From: an uncultured delta proteobacterium | GTDB lineage: Bacteria > Desulfobacterota > Binatia > Binatales > Binataceae | Length of the DNA stretch: 64,000 bases | Direction: 5' to 3' | Assembly (NCBI GenBank): GCA_963711565.1 | Contig: CAVQEQ010000001.1 | Coordinates: 1-64,000 of the forward strand | Shown: positions 27,165 to 37,320 of the stretch, piece by piece | Layout: each line of letters starts with the position of its first letter | How positions within the stretch are numbered: the first letter of the stretch is position 1 | Made by a program: the position numbers and the translations under genes | The notes under the pieces: generated by a model | The model's database searches: none | Told to the model about the DNA's origin: nothing | The model's input: the letters and a program-made list of their open reading frames with translations, nothing else

Positions 27165-28235
27165 TTGTCAGTCAAAATCGAGTCGCCCTCAGGCGAAGAA
27201 GCACTTACCGAATTCGTTCTCTTTCAGCATCGCGTTTACGAATACCGCAGCGCGCGATGGGCCGCGATGGTTCCGGTGCAGTTGCCGATCCTGATGGGCG
27301 AGGGACCGTTCGCTGCCGGCCGCAAGATTCGACCGTTCGGCGCCCGCGTTGACGGCAGCCTCGTCGCTCGCGCCGTCGCAATTATAGACGGCCACTATCA
27401 ACGCCACTGGAATGAAACGCTCGCACATATCGTGATGTTCGAGGCGATGCCCGGTACGCGCGAGGCCGTCAAACTGATGATGGACGCGGCGGCGGAATGG
27501 ATGAAAGCGAACGGCGCGACGGCGGCGCGCGCCGGTTACGGATTGCTCGAATTTCCATTCGTGATCGACGACTACGAAACCCTGCCACCCGACATCGCGC
27601 GGCAAAATCCCGCGTACTATCACGCGATGCTCAAGGACGCGGGCTTCGAAACCGAGCGCGGATGGGTCAACTATAAGATTGAGGTGACGCCGGAACTGAT
27701 CGCGCGCTACGAAAGCGCACTCGAAGCGAGCCGCCGCGCCGGTTTTCAAATCGTCGCGTTGAAGGACTTGCCGGTCGCTCGCCGAGTCCGCGATTTCGAG
27801 CACACCTGGAACACCGCCTTCGCGCGACATTGGGGCGCGACGCCGTTCACGACCGACGAGCTCACATTCCTGTTCGATTTCTTCGGGATGTCCGGCGCGC
27901 TCGATACGTCGGTGATCGCATATCACGACGGCCAGCCGGTCGGCGCGCTGATGGTGACGCCAGCGAATCCCGAGGGCGCAATCCTGAAGCCCGGCCGCAA
28001 AATTGCCGATAACGAGAAGCTGAATTTTCTAGGTATCGGCGTACTCGAACCCGCGCGCGGCCGCGGCGTGAATCTCGCGATGGCGTCGTATTCGTACCTA
28101 CACCTGATCCGCAACGGTTCGAAGTATCTAAGCTACACGCTGGTGCTCGACGACAATTGGCCGTCGCGCCGCACCGCGGAAAAACTCGGCGCCAAAGTCT
28201 GCGCTAACTACGTAACCTACCGCCGCATGCTCTAA
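27165..28235 (+). CDS. Tandem-GNAT protein, YghO/bacterial ceramide synthase-like
   Basis: ARAVAIID, FEA, AAAEWMKANG, QNPAYY..LKDAGF, GIGVLEPARGRG, VLDDN. Confidence 0.7.
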   Translation: MSVKIESPSGEEALTEFVLFQHRVYEYRSARWAAMVPVQLPILMGEGPFAAGRKIRPFGARVDGSLVARAVAIIDGHYQRHWNETLAHIVMFEAMPGTREAVKLMMDAAAEWMKANGATAARAGYGLLEFPFVIDDYETLPPDIARQNPAYYHAMLKDAGFETERGWVNYKIEVTPELIARYESALEASRRAGFQIVALKDLPVARRVRDFEHTWNTAFARHWGATPFTTDELTFLFDFFGMSGALDTSVIAYHDGQPVGALMVTPANPEGAILKPGRKIADNEKLNFLGIGVLEPARGRGVNLAMASYSYLHLIRNGSKYLSYTLVLDDNWPSRRTAEKLGAKVCANYVTYRRML

Positions 28236-28316
28236 TCTCAATCGCGCGATTTCTGAACCGCGCCAGCTAGCACTGAACGCGCGGCTTCCGTAAATTGCGC
28301 TGACAGGAAGTCGAGC

Positions 28317-29450
28317 ATGAAAGGGGAATCGACACGAACAATCCTATTCTCGCTTCTCGCCGCGGCTAGTGCGCTGACAGTAGCCGGATGCACACTCAGG
28401 CAATCGGCTGAGCAGCCGCCGAGCGGGCAAGCCGCTTCGACCTCGTCACCCGCAGCGATTGAGGGATCGTGCAAATCGCCGCATGTGCCGCCGGCGGACG
28501 TCGCCGACAAACCGGGGTACACGCAGTTCGACGTTGCAGTAACGAATTCCCTGGGGTGGCCGGTCTCGGGACTCGCAACGCAGGATTTCGTTTTGTATTC
28601 AGGGTCGCAAATCTTTCCGGTGGCGTATTTTCGAGAGCATAAAAATGATGACCCGGTTGCGATCGCGCTGGTGGTGGATACGTCGGGCAAGATGGCGACT
28701 AGGTTGCCGGTAGTGAAGCAGACGCTCGGCGACTTCGTGAGAAACCTGAATCCATGCGACGAACTTGCCCTGTTCGCATTCAACAGTCAGGTTTACGTGG
28801 TGCAGCCGTTCTCCACCGATCATCAGATGGCTGCGGAGAGTCTGAACCTCCTCAAAGCCTATGGTAAGAGCGCGCTATACGACGCAACTAGCACTGCTTT
28901 GCAGAGCCTGGAGGGAGCGGACAATCCCAACCGCAAGTTCATTCTGATCACGGACGGGATAGACAACTCCAGCGCCACTACCGAGAGCGAGGTAGTAGCG
29001 CAAGCCACGAAGGACCGCATCCCGATTTATGCGATCGGCATCGGCGATCCGAACGCGCCCAAAAGACCTCGCATAGCTTGGGGCCAGGCTTATGCACCCT
29101 CGGCCCCGCCGATAGTGGTTGGGCCGCCTAACATAGGTACGCACACAGTTGATATGCCGTCGATACTGCATGCCCGGCCTGGCACGGACCGGGTTGACCC
29201 GGGAAGTCTGGAGGATCTCTCCGCCGTGTCAGGCGGTCGAAGTTTCATCGCGCCCAGCAGGGGCGAGGTTGAGGGTAGCAGCCTCGAGACTGCAATCTTC
29301 GCGATCGCCGAAAATATTGCCGGCGGTTACGCGATTGGCGTTGTAGTCCCCGCCAACGTAAATCCAACGGCAGTAAAGGTGACCATCCCAACGAGGCTGG
29401 ACCTGGAAGTGCGCGCGCATCCGATTGCAGCGTTGCGTACGCACAATTGA
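28317..29450 (+). CDS. VWA-domain lipoprotein (paralog of 10622..11770)
   Basis: VAGC lipobox, VDTSGKM, SALYDA, ITDGIDNSS. Confidence 0.8.
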   Translation: MKGESTRTILFSLLAAASALTVAGCTLRQSAEQPPSGQAASTSSPAAIEGSCKSPHVPPADVADKPGYTQFDVAVTNSLGWPVSGLATQDFVLYSGSQIFPVAYFREHKNDDPVAIALVVDTSGKMATRLPVVKQTLGDFVRNLNPCDELALFAFNSQVYVVQPFSTDHQMAAESLNLLKAYGKSALYDATSTALQSLEGADNPNRKFILITDGIDNSSATTESEVVAQATKDRIPIYAIGIGDPNAPKRPRIAWGQAYAPSAPPIVVGPPNIGTHTVDMPSILHARPGTDRVDPGSLEDLSAVSGGRSFIAPSRGEVEGSSLETAIFAIAENIAGGYAIGVVVPANVNPTAVKVTIPTRLDLEVRAHPIAALRTHN

Positions 29451-29576
29451 ACATCGCCTCGATGAGATTGCGCTCTCGACACTGGCTACTCGTTTGCCCA
29501 ACCAGTCCGCTATGCTGTAAGACGAGAGCAGTAGCGCCAGTTCGCCGAACCTTGTCCTCGAAGGAGGGATCTTTCG

Positions 29577-31310
29577 ATGGCCGATTTCGATCTTCACATC
29601 AAAGGTGGAACCGTTGTTGACGGAACCCGCGTGCCGCGATACCACGCCAACGTCTGGATCAGGGACGGCAAGATCGCGCAGGTCGGCGGCCGCTCCCCCG
29701 GCTTCGCGAAGAAGACTATCGACGCCGATGGCATGATCGTCGCTCCCGGCTTCGTCGATTTGCACACTCACTACGACGCGCAGATTCGCTGGGATCCCTA
29801 CTGCACTATCTCGGGATGGCACGGCGTCACTTCGCTCGTGCTCGGCAATTGCGGCTTCGGCTTCGCGCCGGTAAAGCCCGAGTTTCGCGAGCGCTCGATG
29901 CTCACGATGACACGCACTGAGGCGATTCCTTACGAGTCGATGAAGGCCGGAATGAAGTGGGACTGGGAAACGATTCCGCAATACCTCGACTCGCTCGATC
30001 GCACGGCCAAGGGCGTCAACGTCATTCAGTACCTGCCGACCTCGTCGATAATGACGTACGTGATGGGACTCGAGGCCGCCAAGACTCGGCCCGCGACCGA
30101 GGACGAACGCACCGAGATGCGCCGCATCTTCGCCGAGGGAATGGAAGCCGGGCTCGGCGGATTCTCCGTGCAGCGGCTGGGACCCGATTCCACTCAGGCC
30201 GACTTCGACGGCTCGCCGATGGTGACCGACACGATGTGCGACGAGGATATCCTCAACCTCGCGCGCGTTTTGCGCGACCGCGACGAGGGCTTCATCGAGA
30301 TCACCCAGTCAACCGGCCACATCAAGGACGACCTCGCATTCCTCGAACGCCTCGCCGCCGAGGCCAATCGTCCAATCCTGCACAACGTGATCGCGCCCGC
30401 CCGCCGCGATCCCACGATTCATCAGAAGAGCATGGCGTGGCTCAAGCGATGCCGCGAGAAGGGTCTGCCGATCTTCGGACAGGCCTTCACACTCCGCACC
30501 GGCTTCGCGTTCACGCTGGAGCATTGGAATATGTACGATGCGAGCCCCGCGTGGCGCACCGTCACGACCGGCACGCCCGCGGAAAAAATCGCCAAGATGA
30601 AGGATCCGGAGCTGCGCGCCGCTATCAAGCGCGAGCACGACGAGGCCAATCGCAAGCTCGAGGCAATCCAGGCCGGCGTCGGCGGACCGATTCGTCATCT
30701 GATTGTGACGTGGGCGGGAGACAAGCCCGAGCTCGAGAAGTATGTCGGCAAATCGCTCGGCCTTATAGCCAAAGAAGAGAACAAGCACGCGATCGACGTG
30801 ATGCTCGATCTGTCGATCGCCGGTGACCTCAAGGTCGAGTTCCTCGGCCCCAATCGCGGCTTCAACCCCGAGTACTACGCTGAGTTGATCAACGACTCGC
30901 CTTACACGATCCCGGGCGTGTCGGACGGCGGCGCGCACACCAAGTTCTTCACCGGCGGCGCGTACACGACCGACTTTCTCGGCTGGCTGGTCCGCGACGA
31001 ACAACGCGTCACGCTCGAGGAGGCGCACTACCGGCTCTCCGCGCTGCCCGCGCATGCGGCCGGCTTTCGCGATCGCGGCACGCTGCGCGAAGGGCTGGCG
31101 GCGGACGTCGTCGTATACGATCTCGATCGCCTTGGCGTCGAGCCCGACTGGATCGGCGATATTACGCACGATTTTCCCGCCGGCGAATGGCGCCGCGTGC
31201 AGCATGCGCGTGGTTACCGCGCGATCATCGTCAACGGCGAGATGACCTGGGACGACGGTCAATGCACTGGTGCGACTCCCGGTAAGCTGCTGCGGGGCGG
31301 CCGCGGATAG
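29577..31310 (+). CDS. N-acyl-D-amino-acid deacylase family amidohydrolase
   Basis: APGFVDLHTHYDAQ, GNCGFGFAP, SDGGAH. Confidence 0.92.
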   Translation: MADFDLHIKGGTVVDGTRVPRYHANVWIRDGKIAQVGGRSPGFAKKTIDADGMIVAPGFVDLHTHYDAQIRWDPYCTISGWHGVTSLVLGNCGFGFAPVKPEFRERSMLTMTRTEAIPYESMKAGMKWDWETIPQYLDSLDRTAKGVNVIQYLPTSSIMTYVMGLEAAKTRPATEDERTEMRRIFAEGMEAGLGGFSVQRLGPDSTQADFDGSPMVTDTMCDEDILNLARVLRDRDEGFIEITQSTGHIKDDLAFLERLAAEANRPILHNVIAPARRDPTIHQKSMAWLKRCREKGLPIFGQAFTLRTGFAFTLEHWNMYDASPAWRTVTTGTPAEKIAKMKDPELRAAIKREHDEANRKLEAIQAGVGGPIRHLIVTWAGDKPELEKYVGKSLGLIAKEENKHAIDVMLDLSIAGDLKVEFLGPNRGFNPEYYAELINDSPYTIPGVSDGGAHTKFFTGGAYTTDFLGWLVRDEQRVTLEEAHYRLSALPAHAAGFRDRGTLREGLAADVVVYDLDRLGVEPDWIGDITHDFPAGEWRRVQHARGYRAIIVNGEMTWDDGQCTGATPGKLLRGGRG

Positions 31311-31317
31311 CACGGCG

Positions 31318-31995
31318 ATGGCCGTACAAATCTACAGTATGACCTCGGTGGCTGATGCGATCGCGACGGCCAACGCCGGCGCCGATCTGATTGGCCTCGT
31401 CATTGCCGAGCCGGGCGTCGTCGCTGAAGCGATTGGCGTTGACGCGGCGCGCGAGATTCTCGCCGCGATTCGCCCGCGCTCGCGTGGCGTCGCGCTCTCG
31501 CTGTCAGACGATCGCGACGAGATTTGCACGATGGTTGACGCCGTGCGTCCCGACGTACTGCACGTGGTCGCGCGCGAGATCGAGCCCGAGGACTGCGCGT
31601 GGATTCGCAAACGCATCGCGCCCGTCATGCTTCTGCGCGCGATTGCCGTGCGCGCCGGCGAGACCCTCACCGAGGCCGATGCGCATCAAGACTGCCTCGA
31701 TTACCTGATGCTGGATTCGGGCGCGAAGGGACCCCCGTATGCCGGCGCAACCGGCGAGACTCACGATTGGTCGATCAGCCGCACGGTCGTCGAGCGTTCG
31801 CACGTCCCGGTGATCCTCGCGGGCGGACTCTCCGCGGAAAACGTGGCCGACGCGATCGCCACCGTCAAGCCCTGGGGCGTGGATTCATTCACACATACCG
31901 ATGTTCCCGGCCGTCGCGGCAAAAAAGATCCGGCTCGCGTGCGCGCATTCATCGCCGCCGCCAGGCGCGCGTTCGCGGAAAATCTGAAAGCCTGA
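31318..31995 (+). CDS. Phosphoribosylanthranilate isomerase-like (TrpF fold)
   Basis: GATGETHDW, VILAGGLSAENV, PWGVDS; N-terminus VQIYSM instead of VKICG. Confidence 0.75.
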   Translation: MAVQIYSMTSVADAIATANAGADLIGLVIAEPGVVAEAIGVDAAREILAAIRPRSRGVALSLSDDRDEICTMVDAVRPDVLHVVAREIEPEDCAWIRKRIAPVMLLRAIAVRAGETLTEADAHQDCLDYLMLDSGAKGPPYAGATGETHDWSISRTVVERSHVPVILAGGLSAENVADAIATVKPWGVDSFTHTDVPGRRGKKDPARVRAFIAAARRAFAENLKA

Positions 31996-32009
31996 ATCAG
32001 GAGGATGCG

Positions 32010-32342
32010 ATGAATCGCAAGCAGCTCGTACTTTCAGCCGCCCTGATCGTTCTGCTCGCGATGGATGCGTACTCGGTTTACCTCTACGGCTATGTCGGTT
32101 TCTTCCGCATGGTCCTGGCGAATGTCGCCGGCGTCACCGCCTTCGTCGATCTCGTGATCGCGCTGGTTCTGATCCTTGCATGGATGGGCGACGACGCTCG
32201 CGAGCGCAAAGTCTCCGCGCTGCCGTATCTGATACTCACTGTCGCGCTGGGCAGTGTCGGGCCGTTGGTCTATCTGATTCGCCGCTTCGCCGATCGCACC
32301 GAACCGACCGCGTCCGTGGCGCCGCACGCAGTTCGCAACTAA
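32010..32342 (+). CDS. DUF2834-like small membrane protein
   Basis: Three hydrophobic segments; FVDLVIAL, DDAR, GSVGPLVYL. Confidence 0.7.
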   Translation: MNRKQLVLSAALIVLLAMDAYSVYLYGYVGFFRMVLANVAGVTAFVDLVIALVLILAWMGDDARERKVSALPYLILTVALGSVGPLVYLIRRFADRTEPTASVAPHAVRN

Positions 32343-33808
32343 CTGCTCGCCAGCAGCACGGCGGCTTCCTTCTCGACGCGGGTGCCCTTGAAAAAGTTCG
32401 GGTTCGCCTCACCCCAGAAGCGCACCGGATTAACGAACATGAAATCGCGGAAATCGTCATCCGTGATCAGCCCGTCCTCCACCAGCTCGTACGCCTCAGG
32501 CACAACGTCTTTCATGTCCGGCACGTCGAAGTGTCCGATGTCCGAGCCGAACAGCACGTTGAGTTTCGCGCCGTACGGATTGGCTTTGCGGTTGAACGCG
32601 TAAGCGTTGAGGGGGTCGTCGGCCTCGCATCCGAAATAAAAGTTATCGACGAACAACCCGCGGATATCCTCCGCTCGCTTGATCCTGCACGCGGCGAAAT
32701 CGTCGAGCTCGCGAATCCCGCCGGTCGCGCCGCTCTGATCGCGCTCGAGAATCGTCTCGACACCGGGAGCGCCGGGCTTCTGTTCGATCTTGCCCTCGAC
32801 CCACTTCCCACCGTACTCGCGAATGAGTTGAGCGAGCAGCTCGCGATTCAGGTTGGCCGGATTCGTTTCCTCGAGCGCCTCGCGATTGCGCTTCTTCCAA
32901 TGGCCGATCAGATCGCAGTAAAGGCCGCATGCCCATCCAACTCCGCCTTCGAGGAAACCCATCTTGATTTGCGGAAACCGGCGCGTCACGCCGCCTAAGA
33001 AAATCGCCTTGCATACAGCCTCGCTGGCGGCGGCGAAATGCCCGATATGGTTGTAAACAAAATTCGTCGGCGAATTCCGCAATCCAACGCCGCGCGAACC
33101 GGAATGAAACGTCGGCGAAATTCCCAGCTCGACGCATTTCGCCCACACCGGATCGTAGCTGTACTCGCTGTCGAGCCCGAGCATGTCGAACCACGTGGCG
33201 AGTCGCGGCGCGTCCGGCGTCTCGGCGCCCATTGCCGGAATCCGCCGCCGAACCATGCTCGCCATCATCACGACTTTCAGCCCGAGTTCCTTCACCACGT
33301 ACTCGAGTTCCGCGCACGCTTCCTCCGGCGTGTGCATCGGGATCACCGCCGCGGGCGTCATGCGGTCGGAAAATTCTCTGAAAAATTCCGCGATGAACCG
33401 GTTGAACGCGCGGCAGGTCGCGCGCCGCGTTTCGTCATTGGGATGAAAGGGCACGCCGAGTCCGGCCGTCGGATAGAGTACAGTGAAATCCATTCCAAAT
33501 TCGTCGAGCCGTTCGTACAGCAGTCGCGGCAAAATCTCCGTCGCGCGATCGCGAGTATTCTTCGTCGGCAACGCCCAGAATGCTTCCTGCGCGCGGCGCT
33601 TGCGCTTGCGCTCTTCTTCCGAGGAGGTGAGCTGCTTCGACACCCGGCCGTTGAACGCGCGAAATCCCTCGACGGCGCGGCTGCCGCCGAATTTTTCCAA
33701 CTGCTCGACGATGATCGGCCCGAATTCTAACCAGTGCCCGTCGGCGTCGATCACCGGATGCTTGAGACTCGCGCGAATCCGTTGCGCTTCTGACTTCTCG
33801 CTGACCAT
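32339..33808 (-). CDS. Amidohydrolase family protein
   Basis: VIDADGH, LYPT, FLEGGVGW, FGSDIGHFD. Confidence 0.9.
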   Translation of the reverse strand: MVSEKSEAQRIRASLKHPVIDADGHWLEFGPIIVEQLEKFGGSRAVEGFRAFNGRVSKQLTSSEEERKRKRRAQEAFWALPTKNTRDRATEILPRLLYERLDEFGMDFTVLYPTAGLGVPFHPNDETRRATCRAFNRFIAEFFREFSDRMTPAAVIPMHTPEEACAELEYVVKELGLKVVMMASMVRRRIPAMGAETPDAPRLATWFDMLGLDSEYSYDPVWAKCVELGISPTFHSGSRGVGLRNSPTNFVYNHIGHFAAASEAVCKAIFLGGVTRRFPQIKMGFLEGGVGWACGLYCDLIGHWKKRNREALEETNPANLNRELLAQLIREYGGKWVEGKIEQKPGAPGVETILERDQSGATGGIRELDDFAACRIKRAEDIRGLFVDNFYFGCEADDPLNAYAFNRKANPYGAKLNVLFGSDIGHFDVPDMKDVVPEAYELVEDGLITDDDFRDFMFVNPVRFWGEANPNFFKGTRVEKEAAVLLASS

Positions 33809-34005
33809 CGCTTCTCCTCCAACTTTATTTTCGAAGCTTAGTATCGGAACCACGCGACCGCCAAGCGTATCGATGTGCCGCAGTTTCCAAACTGCACCGC
33901 TAAATCGACGCCCTCTAGGATCGCGCGCGCGCAACGTCTAGAATCCATCCCTTTCCAGTTCGCGCAATCGTTCCTTCTACCGGCGTCATTTCCCGGGAGG
34001 GTGAA

Positions 34006-35172
34006 TTGATCCCGATTCGCTATAACTTGCGCAGCCTGATGGTTCGCCGCGCCACTGCCGCGATGACGGCGTCGGTCGTCGCGCTCGTCGTGATGCTGCT
34101 GTTCATCTTGTCCGGCTTCGTCGCCGGCCTGCGCGCGACGGTGATGCAAAACGCGCTCCCCGACAACTACATCGTGCTCAGCCGCGGTGTCACCGACGAG
34201 GGCGGCAGCTTCATCACGCACGAGCAATACGAGATCATCAAGAGCCGCCCGCAAATCGCGACGACTGCCGACGGCCAGGCGCTGGTCTCGCCCGAAGTGA
34301 TCACGGGTTTCAATCCCGATCCCGCGGCGCCGGTAACCTCTGGCGTGATGTTCACGCTGCTTCGCGGCGTCTATCCGATCGGCTACCAGGTCCATCGCGG
34401 GATGCGCCTGGAGAGCGGGCGCTGGCCGAACGGCGGCGCAGCCGAGATGGTCGTCGGGCGCAAACTCGCCGCGCGTTATCCCAACCTGGCGGTCGGCAGC
34501 GATTTCAAATTCGGACCGCGCACTTTCAAAATCGTCGGCGTCTTTTCCGATCGGGACAGCGCGCGCGAGTCCGAGATGCTGACCGATCTCAACGTTTTGA
34601 CGCAGGAAGTCCACGTCGCCAACGGCTTCGAGGTGCTGCACGTCGTGCTCAAGCCCGGCACGCATGATGACTTCGCCAAATCGCTGACGACCGATTCGCG
34701 CGTCAGAGTGGATACGATGTCGGAGCAGGATTTTTACTCGAAGCAGACCCAGTTCGTCAACCAGTTGCGCGCGCTCGGCCTCATCGTTGCTCTTGTCCTG
34801 GCAATCGGCTCCGTGTTCGGCGCGATGAACACGATGTATTCCGCAGTCGCGCGACGCACCAGCGAAATCGGCGTGCTGCGAGTGCTGGGCTTCAGCCGCT
34901 TCAACGTGCTCGCGAGTTTCGTCATCGAGAGCATCGTGCTCGCGCTCGCCGGCGGCGTACTCGGCGAGATACTCGGCGTGCTGGTCGCGTATTCGACCGG
35001 GCTGAGCAGCCAGCTGATGAACGTCGGCGAATTCATCTTCAGATTTCGGCTGACGCCGGGCGCGTTCGTGTCGGGAATGATCGCCGCAGTCATAATCGGT
35101 GCGCTCGGCGGATTGCTGCCCGCGTGGCGCGCCTCACGGATCGGTCTCGTCGAATCGCTCCGCTCGGTTTGA
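34006..35172 (+). CDS. ABC transporter permease (MacB/FtsX type)
   Basis: NTMYSAVARRTSEIGVLRVLGF, GGLLPAWRA. Confidence 0.9.
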   Translation: MIPIRYNLRSLMVRRATAAMTASVVALVVMLLFILSGFVAGLRATVMQNALPDNYIVLSRGVTDEGGSFITHEQYEIIKSRPQIATTADGQALVSPEVITGFNPDPAAPVTSGVMFTLLRGVYPIGYQVHRGMRLESGRWPNGGAAEMVVGRKLAARYPNLAVGSDFKFGPRTFKIVGVFSDRDSARESEMLTDLNVLTQEVHVANGFEVLHVVLKPGTHDDFAKSLTTDSRVRVDTMSEQDFYSKQTQFVNQLRALGLIVALVLAIGSVFGAMNTMYSAVARRTSEIGVLRVLGFSRFNVLASFVIESIVLALAGGVLGEILGVLVAYSTGLSSQLMNVGEFIFRFRLTPGAFVSGMIAAVIIGALGGLLPAWRASRIGLVESLRSV

Positions 35173-35184
35173 ACTAGAGTCATC

Positions 35185-36345
35185 GTGTTCAACTGGATCA
35201 AATTGATCGAACGCAACATGCGCCGGAATCTGCGCCGCACGATTCTCACGATTCTTACCATCGCGCTGGCCACCTTCATCTACACTGTCCTGGTGTCGGT
35301 GCCCGCTTCGATGGATCGCGTCGTCAAGGACGCGTCAGGCACGCTCCGTCTCATCATCAACAACAAGACCGCGCCGTGGGAGGATCTGCCCGCGCGCTAC
35401 TGCGACGACATCAAGAAAATGCCGGGCGTCGCCGCCTGCGTCGCGATCACGGGATGGCCCGCGACGTGGCGCAACGTCAGCGAGCCGGTCTTCGGCGTCG
35501 GTGCCGGCCCCGAGATAGGCGACGTGTTTCCGGACTACGCGCTGACCGCGGAGCAACGCCAAAGCACCCTCAGAGAAAAGCGCTCCGCCGTCGTCGGCGA
35601 AATTCTCATGCACAAATACGGCTGGAAGGTCGGCGATACCGTCACGCTACGCTCGACCGATTCGGACCACATGGAGATGACCTTTCTGATCACGGGCACG
35701 ATGAGGTCCAAGCGTTATCCCAACACCTTTCTGATGCGCCGCGACTACCTGATGGCTGCGCGCAAGGCGCACGGGCTGCCCGATGAAGACATCGCATGGA
35801 ACATAATAGTGCGCGCGACCAGCAACGACGCGATGGGCCCGCTCGCCACGCAGATCGACAATCACTTCGCCAACTCGGACGCCGAAACGCGGACCATGAC
35901 CGAGAGCGACGCGCTGTCTTCAGGCTTATCCGCCATCGGCAACATCCGCGCGATCGTTTTCGCGCTATGCCTCGTAGTGCTGCTGACAGTCCTACTCATA
36001 GCAGCCAACTCCACGGTCATGATGGTGCGGGAACAAATCAGCGACGTAGCTGTGATGCGCGCGCTAGGCTTCAGCCGCAACGCCGTAGCATTTCTCTTAT
36101 TCGGTGAGTGCGGCGCGATAGGACTGCTGGGCGGCATCATAGGAGCGGGATCCGCCTTATGGATGTTCTCAGGCGGCATAACGCTCGGCGCCGCGCTAGG
36201 CGGCAACGGCGCCCTATGGGTAACCCCCGCTCAAACCGTCAACGCACTAATCGCCGCACTGGCCGTCAGTCTGCTGAGCGGCATAGTTCCAATCCTGGAA
36301 GCAGTAAGACTCCCGCCGGCCCTGGCGTTCCGCAAAATAGTCTAA
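35185..36345 (+). CDS. ABC transporter permease (MacB/FtsX type)
   Basis: RNLRRTILT, VREQISDVAVMRALGF. Confidence 0.9.
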   Translation: MFNWIKLIERNMRRNLRRTILTILTIALATFIYTVLVSVPASMDRVVKDASGTLRLIINNKTAPWEDLPARYCDDIKKMPGVAACVAITGWPATWRNVSEPVFGVGAGPEIGDVFPDYALTAEQRQSTLREKRSAVVGEILMHKYGWKVGDTVTLRSTDSDHMEMTFLITGTMRSKRYPNTFLMRRDYLMAARKAHGLPDEDIAWNIIVRATSNDAMGPLATQIDNHFANSDAETRTMTESDALSSGLSAIGNIRAIVFALCLVVLLTVLLIAANSTVMMVREQISDVAVMRALGFSRNAVAFLLFGECGAIGLLGGIIGAGSALWMFSGGITLGAALGGNGALWVTPAQTVNALIAALAVSLLSGIVPILEAVRLPPALAFRKIV

Positions 36346-36359
36346 GTATGCGGATCCTA

Positions 36360-36436
36360 GTAGGACGAAATTTATTTCGTCGATTGTGTATCCTTTTTCT
36401 TTTGTGACGAAGGTGACGGAATAAATTCCGTCCTAC
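36360..36436. repeat. Inverted pair of GTAG-type REP palindromes
   Basis: GTAGGACGAAATTTATTTCGTC (36360-36381) and GACGGAATAAATTCCGTCCTAC (36415-36436). Confidence 0.75.
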
Positions 36437-36441
36437 TACGA

Positions 36442-37320
36442 TCAAATCGTGTCGGACACGCCGGGGATGAACAACGGCTCCATTGCATAGCGATCAACGT
36501 CGGCTTCCATCTCCGCGCGCGCCGGAGCGGTGGCCTTGACGCTCGCCGCATCCAGGATGTCGCGCAGAAGCGTCGCGTCGCTCGACGTATTCAGGAACAG
36601 TCCCGGCTGGCTCAGCACAAAATGCACGCCGCGGCGGATCGCCTCGCGATCGCGCAGCGGCTCGTACCAGCTAAATTTTCGGCCGTCGCCATTTTGCCAT
36701 CGCCGCCGAGCCACCGATTTGATCGTCTGCGTCGCGACACCGCGCTCGCGGCAGACTTTCAACAGCGCCTCAACGTCTTCCTCATACGATTTGATTTCCA
36801 GCATGGTGAAATTGTACGGGAACAGCACGGAGTCGAACGCGAATCGCTCCAGGCTGCGGCGATGCATCGCGGCAACCTGCGAACCATGACCGGTCACGCC
36901 GATGAACCGCACCAGTCCCTGCGTTCGCGCCTCAACCAGAGCCTCGAGCGCACCACCCGCTCCCAGAGCCGTCGCCCATTCATTCTCAGCGACGAGGTTG
37001 TGCATCTGGATCAGATCGATCTGATCGACGCGGAGCCGTTCCAGCGAACGATGGACGCTGTCGCGCGCGCCCTGATACGTGCGGTCGCCGGTCTTGGTGG
37101 CGAGAAAAAACCGCTTGCGATGCTCCCGCATCCACGGCCCGATCCGCAACTCCGACTCGCCGTACGACGCCGCCGTGTCGATATGATTGATGCCGTATTC
37201 GAGCAGCAGCTCGAGCACAGCGTCGGCCTTGTCCTGCTTCATGCCGCCGAGCGCAGCCGCGCCAAAGAGAATCCGCGTACTCTGATGTCCGGTCTTCCCA
37301 AATGGATTTGTATCGATCAC
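36442..37320 (-). CDS. Aldo/keto reductase
   Basis: GINHIDTAASYG, LATKT, SLERL..DQIDLIQMH, IGVTGH. Confidence 0.92.
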   Translation of the reverse strand: MIDTNPFGKTGHQSTRILFGAAALGGMKQDKADAVLELLLEYGINHIDTAASYGESELRIGPWMREHRKRFFLATKTGDRTYQGARDSVHRSLERLRVDQIDLIQMHNLVAENEWATALGAGGALEALVEARTQGLVRFIGVTGHGSQVAAMHRRSLERFAFDSVLFPYNFTMLEIKSYEEDVEALLKVCRERGVATQTIKSVARRRWQNGDGRKFSWYEPLRDREAIRRGVHFVLSQPGLFLNTSSDATLLRDILDAASVKATAPARAEMEADVDRYAMEPLFIPGVSDTI

